This document shows, in pieces, positions 26,803 to 38,500 of a stretch of DNA of 64,000 nucleotides. Source of the stretch: Schmidtea nova (Eukaryota); assembly GCA_044892505.1 (NCBI GenBank), contig CM097883.1, positions 93,868,001 through 93,932,000 of the forward strand, in the 5' to 3' direction. The stretch's first letter is position 1. Each line of letters begins with the position of its first letter. Both the position numbers and the translations under genes were made by a program. The notes under the pieces are model-generated. The model saw only the letters and a list, made by a program, of their open reading frames with translations. It did not search any database and had not been told where the DNA came from.

Positions 26803-28298
26803 TTGTTGATTTTGTAATAAAATCTCATTGATTGTAGTTTTGTCATTATTGTTCCTATTGTTGTCAATGTGCCTATTGGTTTCAATGTTCCTATTGTTGG
26901 TTGTTGTTGTTGTCGAAGCTTTTGAGTAAGCTGTATTAAAATTGTTTTTTAGAAGGCATATATTGAGTTAAATGATTATGGTGTTTATCATAAAACTCAA
27001 TATATGTCGAAGTATCAAGGGTTTGGCATACGGGGCACAGCATGTAAGTTATATTATTATATTTATAACTATAGTATTTTTCCATAATAACGTCACAGCC
27101 ATTACGGAAAATATTATTGCAAAAAGTTGGATATTTAGAACCTATAATATATATCATTAAAATATATTATTAATATCATTAATATCTTTATAACATAAAA
27201 AATAATAACAAAAGTATTTATTTTTTATATTATGAAAATATGAAAATATTTAAAAATTTGTCATAATAGTTTTCATAATAAATATAATTCATTAAAAAAT
27301 AATTCATGAGAATATTTCATAAGTATAATTCATAAGAGTTTTCATTATAAAACATTCTTCTTCATTATCTTCGTAATTTTTCATAATAAATCATTATCCT
27401 TCATTATCTTCGTAATTTTTTTTAAGAATATTTCATATGGATAATTCATTAACAATTAATTCATAAGAATATTTCATAAAATACTTAAAAATTTGTCATA
27501 AAAGTTTTCATTATAAATCAATATACTTCATAAGAATATTTCATATGGATAATTCATTAAATATTTAAAAAAAAATTTGTGATAAAAGTTTACATAAAAG
27601 TTTTCATTATAAAACATTCTTCGTAAATTTTTCATAATAATAAATCATTTTTCATTATCTTCATAATCTTCCTAATTTTCTTTTTTTAAAATTTTTTAAA
27701 TAACTTATTAAAAACTAACATTTTGACTTCTTGCACGCGAGATTGTGCACTGCATTGTTACCGGCATTAGAATAATTCTTAGCATTAGAATTCGTGGCAT
27801 TAGAATAATTCCCAACATTATAATTCGTGGCATTTAAATTAACTGAATAATAATAATAGTAATAGTTTCAAAATTATTATTAAAAGTTACCATTATTTCT
27901 AGTTCGGTTTTCGACAGCAGATATTTGTCCGGAAATATCTAAATTTTGTTGGGCCCACCAATTGGTCTAAAAAGACAAAAATATTGTACTAATTTAAACA
28001 ATAAATACAAATAATAACCACAAAAACATTCAAAAAACCTAAATTAAAAATCAAAATCAAAATAATAAATAATAATTACTAAATTTCCAGCAAAGGAAGA
28101 AAATCAAATTGACACGGGAACGAGCAGTATGGGGGTCTGAAATAAGAAAATTACAAATAAAATCAAATAAAAGTACAATTAATTGGTTAATTACTTGAAA
28201 AAATCGGGACCACCCAGCGACAAATCTGAACCGGAAATTTAAAATGGTTTATATTAAAATAAAATAACAAAATTACTTTGATGGACGGCCTGATCCTG

Positions 28299-28333
28299 AT
28301 TGGTCAATCTGACCAACTGGATCAGTATAAATA
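28299..28333 (+). promoter_or_regulatory. LTR promoter: inverted CCAAT and TATA box
   Basis: ATTGG at 28299-28303 and TATAAATA at 28326-28333; same motifs in the 3' LTR. Confidence 0.6.
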
Positions 28334-29237
28334 CCGATCCAAAAATCATACAGATAACACCTAAAATCTTAGCTACCGAACTGATCTATAACAGTCAGTT
28401 ACATCAACTTTGATACGACAAATATTGTGTAAAATTTCGGAAAACGCTACATCTTGGATTTAAAGAGTAAATTTTGTTGTATTGTATTTGAACTAATTTT
28501 ATGATATGTTTTACATGATTCCCATTTATTTCATTTCATTTAATATAATTTATTACTATTAATTGCTCTATTTTCTTATGCCATTATTTTATGATATGAT
28601 AAATATACTTCCTCAGTAGCTCACGCTGCGAGGGAGCAAGCCGTAAATGTGGGATTTCACCGTTCCACAAGATGGTGAGCAGAGTTTTATTGGTATTTTT
28701 ATTTAATTTTTAACTTTACGGTAGAGTTGTGCAGGGACAAGGACACGGGTAAAATTAGTAGACAGTGTTTAACATTAATTAATTAACATTCAATCAGACA
28801 GGAGAGAATAAACTACAGTACTAATTATCATGTCAACTAAGTCGATTTCGCATATGCACACGATTTTTTTTGAATCCACATAGCTGATCAAAATAATGTC
28901 CGGACACACCGAGACGATTTCGACATTTCAACGATAGTTTCAATTAAGATATAAATAACAACATAATCAGATCGACACTACTGATTGAATAAGTAAAACC
29001 GTAACCTGATCGCTGTAAATAGCGCAGGTGATAATATGTAAATTTTCAATAAACGTATCCCGATCGCTGTATATAGTGACGGTGTTAATTGAATAGCTTA
29101 GAAAATTATTTTTTTTGTTCCTCCTTTTCATATTTTTTTTTGTTTTGTTGATCAACGAGAGGAACACATTTCATCAGGTCTTACCAAAATTTGGGGATTA
29201 GTCACAGTAAATTTTATTAGCATTATTATTCTCTCAG

Positions 29238-29738
29238 ATGAAATCAACGATACTGGATGAATTTCTAACAACTCAACGTCATGTGGCACGGGTCGAAAAT
29301 CCTCTAATCCGGACGCAACGGAAGAAATTGAAGTCGCTTCCACAGGAACTTCTCAGAACGCTAAATGCGTTAATGTATAAATGGAGACGGGAACTAGGAA
29401 AGAAATGTCCGTTTTCGATTTGGGCCGGTGGATTAGATACCATCATATATCGTGGAGGCCCCGGATGGGAAATTCAGGACAAAAGAGACCGGGAGACGAC
29501 AGCTCCATTCATCATAGTGGTGACAGACCGCGAAGGAAATCCAACGACAGTGATCCATTGGGGATATGTCTCACCGCTCAAGTTGCTTCACTTTGGGTTG
29601 ATTCCGAACCACTTACCGAAAACGTGCCATGGACGCCCCAAACTAAACTGTTCGATGGCTCACATCCGACGAGATCCAGTCAATCACGGGTTGCATATTA
29701 CCCCCGTTCACGGCCTCAAGCGAAGCGTTTTCCACTAA
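29238..29738 (+). CDS. LTR-ORF1, 166-aa protein of unknown function
   Basis: ATG-initiated ORF in a GC-balanced island, directly after an acceptor-like TTATTCTCTCAG; identical in the 3' LTR. Confidence 0.5.
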   Translation: MKSTILDEFLTTQRHVARVENPLIRTQRKKLKSLPQELLRTLNALMYKWRRELGKKCPFSIWAGGLDTIIYRGGPGWEIQDKRDRETTAPFIIVVTDREGNPTTVIHWGYVSPLKLLHFGLIPNHLPKTCHGRPKLNCSMAHIRRDPVNHGLHITPVHGLKRSVFH

Positions 29739-29904
29739 ACATTATATTCACATTTGTATGAACTAAACTATTTCCATAAATTAAATGGTATTGATCTGTG
29801 TTTTGCCTGTTCTTAGTTAAATTTATTTCTATTTATTTAATCATATAATTTTTACACTCGACGGATAATATTAATCGTTGGTAACATAATGGCTGCATCA
29901 TAAA

Positions 29905-30513
29905 ATGGGTTTGTTATTTAGTATGACGGAAACTAGCCAACAGCGAGAATTGGATAAGGCGTGGAGAATCCGCCGAGCCTTAGAAAAGGAGCTAAATCAG
30001 GAAAAAGCATTACGAGCCAAGGCAGAAGCTCAGATTCAGTATTTACGGACCAGCTGGTTCGCCCCAGCCCGTATGAAGGAGCAGATGAGTCGGACAGAAA
30101 GGGCTCAAAAGACAGCTGACGATTATCGCACCGAATGGGAAGCAACAAAAATTGAGTTGCGCCGATGTCTCCATTCGGTGACGACTTCATTTATCGAGTC
30201 CGAATTGAAAGCACAAATCCGACCTATCACCTACCAGAAATGGGTAGGAGAACAGAAAGTGGCCTGCTCGGTCAGTACGGACACCGATGGGCTCGAGGCA
30301 ACAACAGTGCAGAGTCGGGTGGAAACCACCACTGTACTAAACCCCGTCGAAAAAACGAACAAGCGAAAACGAATCGGCTCCAAGCGCCGTCGCCAAAGAA
30401 AGCTGTTTTCTCAACAGTTGCAGACACAAGTAACCCCTATGGCAGAAATGTCGGAAGCCGAGTGGTTATCCGAGATATTCCCTCCTGAAGGAATTTTCAA
30501 AGAATTTCTGTAG
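29905..30513 (+). CDS. LTR-ORF2, 202-aa coiled-coil protein with Arg/Lys-rich NLS-like motif
   Basis: Heptad-like N-terminus and KRKRIGSKRRRQRK motif; a protein-level homologue in the solo LTR at 12022-12480 supports coding function. Confidence 0.7.
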   Translation: MGLLFSMTETSQQRELDKAWRIRRALEKELNQEKALRAKAEAQIQYLRTSWFAPARMKEQMSRTERAQKTADDYRTEWEATKIELRRCLHSVTTSFIESELKAQIRPITYQKWVGEQKVACSVSTDTDGLEATTVQSRVETTTVLNPVEKTNKRKRIGSKRRRQRKLFSQQLQTQVTPMAEMSEAEWLSEIFPPEGIFKEFL

Positions 30514-31006
30514 CAGATAGAATCATAATATGATGTCAGATTTTGGAGTTAATTAAATCTTTGCTCGTTTTTTTTTGTGTTGTTGATTCCTAGGTATTTC
30601 TTTCGATTACATAATTCATATAATTAAATTTAAATTACACGTCACACAAACGAAAGGAGTAGCGATAAAGGATTTAAATATTATCAAATTTGTAGTTTCG
30701 TTTTGCTTGTTTTTTTTTTGTTTTTATGGTAAATACATAGCCTCACACGCACGAAATAGAACAATAATTGCGTAAGTCCTTCTACGGCCGCGTGAACCCG
30801 TAAACATAAAGGGGGAGTAGTCCTAGCAATAGTGCTCACCTGCCCCTCATTGTTTAACCACCCTGCGCATCACCAACTTGGTTATCAAGGGAAATAATCA
30901 AGGGCGCTCGAGTGTAGCTTACGATTATTTATGCATGATCATGGATGGGAGATCCCTGGCAATCATTAGAATGTTTACTACACCGTCCATGAACCCAGCA
31001 TAAATT

Positions 31007-31024
31007 TGGGGGCTCAGCCGGGAT
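31007..31024 (+). other. Primer-binding site, tRNA-Pro type
   Basis: TGGGGGCTCAGCCGGGAT, 16/18 identical to the canonical MLV tRNA-Pro PBS TGGGGGCTCGTCCGGGAT; 6 nt after the LTR end. Confidence 0.85.
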
Positions 31025-31339
31025 CAACTTCGTTTTATCGAAAAAATGTGAATGCAAAATCTGCAGAGAAGTTTAAAGTGCTCGTGTCGTGTGAATAAAT
31101 TTAATAAAAACAGAAAATTTGTAATTAAATCTAAATTATGTACAAAAATAAACAACAAACACAACAGCAAATAAAAGTAAAATTATAAAAATCGAATGCA
31201 TGCATAAATAATTTGTCGGGACGATAATTTTCGGAAACACGGGGAGAGTAAATAAATACTAAAAGATGCAAAACGAAACATATTACTACTTTAAATAAAT
31301 ATTAAAAGACACAAAACGAGATATATTACTACATTAAAA

Positions 31340-31843
31340 ATGATAAAAACAACAAAGTTAAAACGATTATTTATTCAGCAAATGGAGGAAAAACTGAAAG
31401 AAATCGAAGAATTTCTCAACACAGAAAACGAAACATTAGCAACAATTGGCAAGAAAATAAACCGATTTAGAGAAATTGAATTTCAAGAACCCACAACACA
31501 GACCGAGGAAACAGATGAATTAATAAAGATAACAGAAAGAACAAGTAAAATCGACATAAAAACCCGCTACAAATGGTACCGAGCACGACTAGAGAATGCG
31601 GAGCTAAACATTAGATGCAGACAAATAGAACAACAATTAACCCCAACATACAAGCGAGGGAGGGCGCAAGGGGTAGAAGCAGCGAAAAAATACCGACAGT
31701 GCTATATATGTGAAAACAACGAGATACAAATTATGTTTTTACCTTGCGGACATTTCCGTTTTTGTAAGATCTGTGCCAACAAGCGTGACCGGTGTCCGAT
31801 GTGCAACTTTACTGTGAATGAAAAAATTATAGTTTATTTGTAA
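31340..31843 (+). CDS. Coiled-coil plus C-terminal IAP/MDM2-type C3HC4 RING protein (putative E3 ligase)
   Basis: CYICENNEIQIMFLPCGHFRFCKICANKRDRCPMCNFTVNEKIIVYL at the extreme C-terminus; no BIR repeat seen. Confidence 0.85.
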   Translation: MIKTTKLKRLFIQQMEEKLKEIEEFLNTENETLATIGKKINRFREIEFQEPTTQTEETDELIKITERTSKIDIKTRYKWYRARLENAELNIRCRQIEQQLTPTYKRGRAQGVEAAKKYRQCYICENNEIQIMFLPCGHFRFCKICANKRDRCPMCNFTVNEKIIVYL

Positions 31844-31871
31844 TAAATGTTTAGATTTGATTAGTAAGATT

Positions 31872-31957
31872 AAATTGAGGCCAATAGAGCCGTAGGAGAT
31901 ATTAAAATGAGGCCAATAGAGCCATGTGAGATAAAAAATTGAGGCCAGAAGAGCCAT
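31872..31957 (+). repeat. Three ~31-bp tandem repeats in the internal leader
   Basis: AA(A/T)TGAGGCCA(AT/GA)AGAGCC(G/A)T three times. Confidence 0.8.
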
Positions 31958-32567
31958 AGTGAATTATAGAGATATCCGGATAAATAGTAACAGAGGGAAT
32001 ATATACCCATAGTATAATCGTCGACGAGATTTAGAGTAGTGCGCACCAGTAGTTAAGAGAATGCGAGTAAAGCTGATTATGCAACCTTAAGTAAAGCATG
32101 CAAGGAGAATAGTAGAGATTTGAGCTGACCGGAGCAACCGGCAGAATGAGTAAAACGATTGCTAGCAGGGAATAATGAATAAAGATGATAAAATAATGAT
32201 AAACGAGTCAGAAAGACTCAGGGAATTAGAGCGCTCGAGCGACCAATAAATTGGGAAACTGTGGGAAAAGTAATTGATTTGATAAAACATAGATAATTAT
32301 TACGACATAAATAGATAATTGTGACCAGTCTATAGATAATTTAAATAGACTAAAAATAAAGGGGAATCTGGGAATGGGAAATAATGAAAACCCAGTAATA
32401 AGTAATCCCGAAAGAAAGGGAATAAAAGCGCGACGATAACAATAATGTATCGTTGAGGACCTTTGTATTTTAGATATACAAATCAATCAAATCAATCAAT
32501 CAAGCAAGAAGAATCAGAACACGATAAGCGATAGGACAAGAAAATTGAGTATACAAAAGTAATCCCC

Positions 32568-35500
32568 TTGAGAAAAGGAGCAAAGATTGTCGTAGTAAAG
32601 CCAACGGAAAAGAAAGTCGGCAGCAATATTAACAAAAAAGACAAAACTAGTACTACAACAAAAACAGTAAAAAAGCAGAAAGCCGGCAAAGATAACAACA
32701 AGAACCCACAAGGGAGTAAAGCGAGAAAAATAATAAGAGATAAATCGATTATCGAAAACGATAAATTGTCAGTAGTAAGCAACAGCTCAAGTAACAAAGA
32801 AAACCAAGCAGAACCCAAGGAGAACCAAACAAGTGAAATTGAAATCGACGAAACTAACAGCGATAATATCAAAGAAATAGAACCCGAGATAGAACAAGAA
32901 GGAGAAATCGACGAAACTAACAACGATAATATCGAAGAAGTAGAAAACGAGGTAGAACCAGAGGCAGAAATCAACGAGAGTGATAACGAAAGTATAATAT
33001 CGGATAACGAAATAATAAGAGAAACTGAAAGCGATTCAAGCTCGAGTGAAACAGAAGACGAACATAACAACGAACTAGAAACAAGAGGAAACGAAAGTAA
33101 AATAACTCAAGACAGCGGAATTGAAATGGGTGAACCAAGAGAAGAAATAAAGGATAAATTTTCAGGAGAACCGTTTAACGGAGATGCGAGTAAATTAGAA
33201 ACTTTTCTAAAGGAATTTGGCATATTTGTGGAAGTATGCAAGTGGAAAGCGGAAACAACAGTAAGCAGAATTCAGTTATATTTAAAAGATAGTGCATTGG
33301 ATTTATATTTGGAAGCGAAAAATAGTACCAATCCACCTGCAAATTGGACAGCGATAAAGGATTTTTTCCAACAAACATTTGGAATAAATAAAGTGCTAAG
33401 CGAGGCATTCATAGAATTTTCAATGAGGAAACAAAAGATGAATGAATCTAATGCGGTATACGCGAGTGAACTGAAAAAATTAGCAAAATCGGTATTCAAG
33501 GATGGAGGTCCAATAAACGAGGAGTTAATGGCAGCTATCTTCATAGGAGGACTAAGAAGACCCGACATAAGAGCGCAAGTGGGATGCCAAGGATGCAAGA
33601 CCATTGATCAAGCGTTAGAAACAGCTAACAGATTCGAATTGCATATGATAGGAAGTGAGGGCAGAATTTATTTAGCCATGGACACAGCACAAACCGAACC
33701 AGAGGTAAATCTCAACAATCACATTCCAAATTCGCAACAATTAAACCGACCACCCCCTCAACGAAGGAATGAAGGAAATAAAGTGCAGAACTTTGGAAAC
33801 CAAAACAATTACAACCCTCAAGGACAAACAAGACAATGTAAAACATGTGGAAAATTGGGACACTGGCAACAAGAATGCTATCAAAATTTGAATTGCGGAA
33901 AATGTGGAGTTAAAGGACACTCGGAGAGTAGATGTTCTACGATAATCTGTTTTAATTGTGGACGACCTGGTCACTACTCAAGAAATTGCGGACAAAAAAG
34001 TAATCAGCGAGGAAACTGGCAGAGTAATGGGAACCGACAAAACTACGGAAATCAAACAAATACCGTGAACCGACAAGATTATGGAAACCAACAAGTCAAT
34101 AATAACAATAGTCAGAACAAAACTACCACCAAAGAAATACATTTGATGCAAGAAGTTCAAAGATTGACGGAACTTATAAACAATACGACGAGAGGAAATC
34201 CGCAAACCAATCAACAGCAAATTAGCATGATGAGAAAAATAGAAAGCGAAAACGAACGATTGAATCGAGAAAGTCAAGCACGACACGCTCAGGAATGGGC
34301 AAGAATACAAAGAGAGGATGAACAAAAACAGCAAGAAAGAGAGCGACAACCTCTAAGAATTAATATGCTAAGAGCAACAAACCAAACAGACACTCGCGAG
34401 AAAGAAACCACACTGGAAATGAATTCGATAGACCCGAATCCAGCCGACAACGAAAGTCGAAAAGAGACAGTACAAAAAGATGAAGAAGTAGAAAAAGAAA
34501 TAAAAAAGGAAGGGGAAACTGAGATAAACCAGGAAGAGAGAAGGGAGATTTGGAAAAGAGGAATGATGGTAATCATGCCCAACAAATCCGTGTTTAGATT
34601 CCAGTATAACGTAAAAGAAGAAGTGGGAATATTATTCAACAAAGTAAACCAGATGGTTCCAGGAGTAACGAAACTGCCCAGAGAAGCGTTTCTACAAATA
34701 GAAGGTGCGCCAAAAGTAAGGTTGGAATTAACGGATATATGGGAAAACTTGGGAGTAGTAGAAACAAAAAGAAACGTGATGATTATTAAAGAAATAGAAC
34801 CAGAAGAAATTCCACCACCAATACGTCACGAAACCCGAATCAGGCGAATATTTGAAGGGAAAATGATAAGAAGACGTTTAAAAGAGATAGACGAGTTGGG
34901 AAAGAAAATGAAAAAAGTCGAAGTAATAGAGGACAAAAATGAACAAACACCAGAAATTAGCAAAAACAAAACAAAACCAACGGAGAATATACAAGGGGAA
35001 ACGAACCAAACAGCACATATTAATATGTTAAGAAATACCACCAGAGAGTTCTCCGATGAAGAAGAAGATAGTGATATCAGTAGCCTAGCAGGAGACATAT
35101 TAAATGAATCCGAAGACGAAAATAAAGAGAGAGAAGTAATAAAGACCTCAGAACCTATACAGATAAAAGTAGATGAAATCCAGAAATTACTAGATAACTC
35201 GCTAGAAGTAATATATAACGAAGAGTTCATGGACAAGAAACAATACCGGAAATTCATGAAAGCATTATTACAAATGAACTACAAAGAATGGTTACAAGAC
35301 CGGGAAGTAGACATGTTAAACCGATACGTAGGGAAATTAATAGAGGAACCACTCCTCAATTACACCATCTCAATAATAATAAATACATCAACATCAAGAA
35401 TCTGGATCAAAACTCCATTCACAGACGATATCTACAGATGGGTAGAGGACAGGCTAGGGAGCTCATATAAAAACAAATTCATTTTCTCGCAGAATAGACT

Positions 35501-38500
35501 CGTAAAGAAAAGAACACACCTAGTAGAAACCGGTATATGGCCAGGAGAAATAACCCTGTTATCAATATGTGATGAAAAGGAAGAAGAGAACCTACAAGAA
35601 GTTGCAAAGGAAGCAAACACGTGTTTCGAAAGGAGAATAAAACCTCGGTTAGAATACGAGAAAGAACGAGTCTTACGAAAGAATCTAAATTCCCTGATAG
35701 AACAAATCATACCACAAGTCAAAAAACATAGAAAAGAGTTAATGAGAAGCGAATACGAGAAATTGAAACGATGTATTGAGTGCATACGTGACACAAGTCA
35801 CACGAGATGGTCACAGATCTCACACGACAAATTAATCGCAAAAATGGGAAAAACAATGTTTAGACAAGGGAAAATAACGGATCTAAAAATTTCAGTAGAA
35901 TTGCCTAATGAAGACACCAAAGAAATTGAAGTGGTAGCGGATTGCACCATTAAAGAATTAATAAATGTCATTAACGAGACACTAGTGCAAAGAGAACCAG
36001 AAGACGAATGGGAAGACGACATAATCATACAATACAACGAACATGTATTATGGGATCACGATGAGAGACGACTATATAAAATCGGTATATGGGATAATCA
36101 CCAAACCATCCACGTTATCAGAATGGACGATACACCCAGAGAAACTGCTAAAGATGAGAAAAGAGAACGGGAACGACGGAAAGAAGTTGTGCGCAAATTA
36201 CAACAAATAGTAGAAATTTATCGAAATTGGCGAATTTGGCCAGAGTGGGAAAATGTATTAGAAGAACTCAATCTCAACAGACGAATACGAACACCCGTAG
36301 AAAAACAATGGAACGAGAAAGGAAAATGTTGGGAACCAAAAGAAGGGGAATATGAAGAAGAATATGAAAGAGGAATGGAAGATGACTGCGAACCAGAAAT
36401 GAGAAGGGTTTGCATGGTGACAAGGAAAGCTACGCCAATAGACCTAGATGGACCAGAAACAGCGGCTATATGGTTAGAAAAGGAAAAGCAAAAAACGGAA
36501 GAATTTGTCGAAATATTAAAAACTAATGCGCACGGTAAGAGAAAAGTAATAAAAGGTCTCGCAGATTTTTTCGTGGTTAATGGAGAAGATATAACATGCT
36601 TGCGTAAAGTGGCAAAAGCAATCGCAGAATATAAAAGAGTCAACGAATGGTGTCCGGAACAACTAGACCACGTAATTAGGAAATGGAGGAATCAAGAATT
36701 CTCGCAAGAAATTCCACAAAAAGTACATTTAAGAATAATATACCCAAACAAGGATAAGGAAGAATTTTGGGTAGGAATAGCAGAAAAAATTCGAGATATT
36801 AAAAAGAAATTGAGATACGAACCACCATTCCATTTACAACACCAAGGACGAACATTAGATAACAGTTTGGAAATTGGAATAACGCCAGCACAACTAGATC
36901 TCATGAATACCTTAACAGTGGAAGCAATAGCGGGTCAACCATTGAAACGTAAAGAAGAAAACCATAAACCACACGGAAGTATAAGTACGCCGAGCCCGAT
37001 GAAATCAGTATTAACGCCAGGAACAAGTTCAAGACGATCTGAGACAACACCCAGAGGGAATAGAGAAAGGACTCCACCACAACCATATGACGTGGACGAA
37101 ATATTAACAGACAGCGACGACATGATAGAAGAGCTAACCGAATTAACAAAGGAAAAAGACGGCAACATTTTCGAAAGGATACAAGAACTACCTACGACAA
37201 TACAAGTAACTAACACCGGAGAAACAGAAGTCGAACAAGAGATAATAATAGAAGAAGTAAACGATTTGACAGAAGATGAAATAAGAGGAGTGAATGTCGA
37301 AAATGTACAATTAACCCAGGAAATGGAAAGATGGTTAGAAGAAAGAGCTAATGAACCAAGAGATGTCACAGAAGAAACCGGACGAGCAACAAGGTTTGTG
37401 GAAACAGGTACAGGAATGGATAGACGACCTCGAGGTAGACCCAAGACAGATCCAGCAAATATAGTCATCAGAAATAAGGATGAAAAGAGACAAGATCAAT
37501 GGGAATTATGCTTAAGGAAACTAAATAAAATTGCGGAGATAAAAGAAAAAGAAACAACACCAATATGTCAAGGGGAGGAATGGATATCGAAAACAATAAT
37601 GGAAATATTGGCAATAATTGATCCAGAATTGAGAAAATACTGGCGGATAACTGAGATAAGCGAAAAGGCAAAGTCATTACACAGCGCAATTGCACCCATC
37701 TTACCAGAATTCATAAAAGAAAAGACGAAATCAAATCACTTAGACTGGCAAGGAACCACTATGTTAATAAAGAAATTGACAGAAGGAGCGGAAACGGATA
37801 ACAAATATGTAATAGCCATTGCATATACGATCTACAATCTGTTGACACTGAGTAGAGGTCGACCAAAACCCACTGCATTAGAGAGACATATAAAAAATAC
37901 CGCAAAGATTATAGCTAGAGAAATAGAACCTTACGTCATTAACAAAGGAGGATGGGAAACATTTATAAAAACTAACCAGAAGAAAACACAAGCCAAGAAT
38001 ATGAAAAAGAAATTCGAAAAAATATTGGAAGAGTTAGAAAAGGAACAAACAGGAACAGGAAACGCAAAGTCATCAATGAATCTGAGTTCTATAATAATGA
38101 TGATGTTGATATGGATGATTAGCACCGATAGCGCAACAGCATTCGAAGTGTTTGATTGCGACCAAATGAAGTTAGGAGAAAAGTATTCATTGAGAGGTAC
38201 GGAGCAATGCAAAGATGCAACTCCAGTAGAGTTGCAAAAGATTAAAAAGGAACAATGGTACCACGTGTATCAAGAAGCAGAACTCATAAAGACAATGGTG
38301 AATGAATGTAAGGTGCAGAAAACGAGATTCGCATTCTACTGCGGGAGAGGACATTATTCAGCAATTGTCATGCCAGGAACGGAAAGAGAACCAATCGTGT
38401 TACAAGGAGAAGACTGCGAAGCACTGTTTAAACATGGAGAAGTAACAACAAGAGACAAAATCAAGATAAGAGGAAAGCCAGGAATGATGCTGCAACAAAC

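Larger units (their letters stand above)
27947..31000 (+). repeat. 5' LTR (3,054 bp)
   Basis: TGTTGGG...CCCAGCA; direct repeat of 53592-56643; followed by the PBS. Confidence 0.97.

Noticed and set aside
28610-28700. GC-rich patch in the LTR as a ribozyme or tRNA-derived element
   Set aside because: No hammerhead core (CUGAUGA/GAAA) or tRNA A/B boxes found by eye.
31340-31843. Calling the RING ORF a true IAP
   Set aside because: No BIR motif (CX2CX16HX6C) is present.
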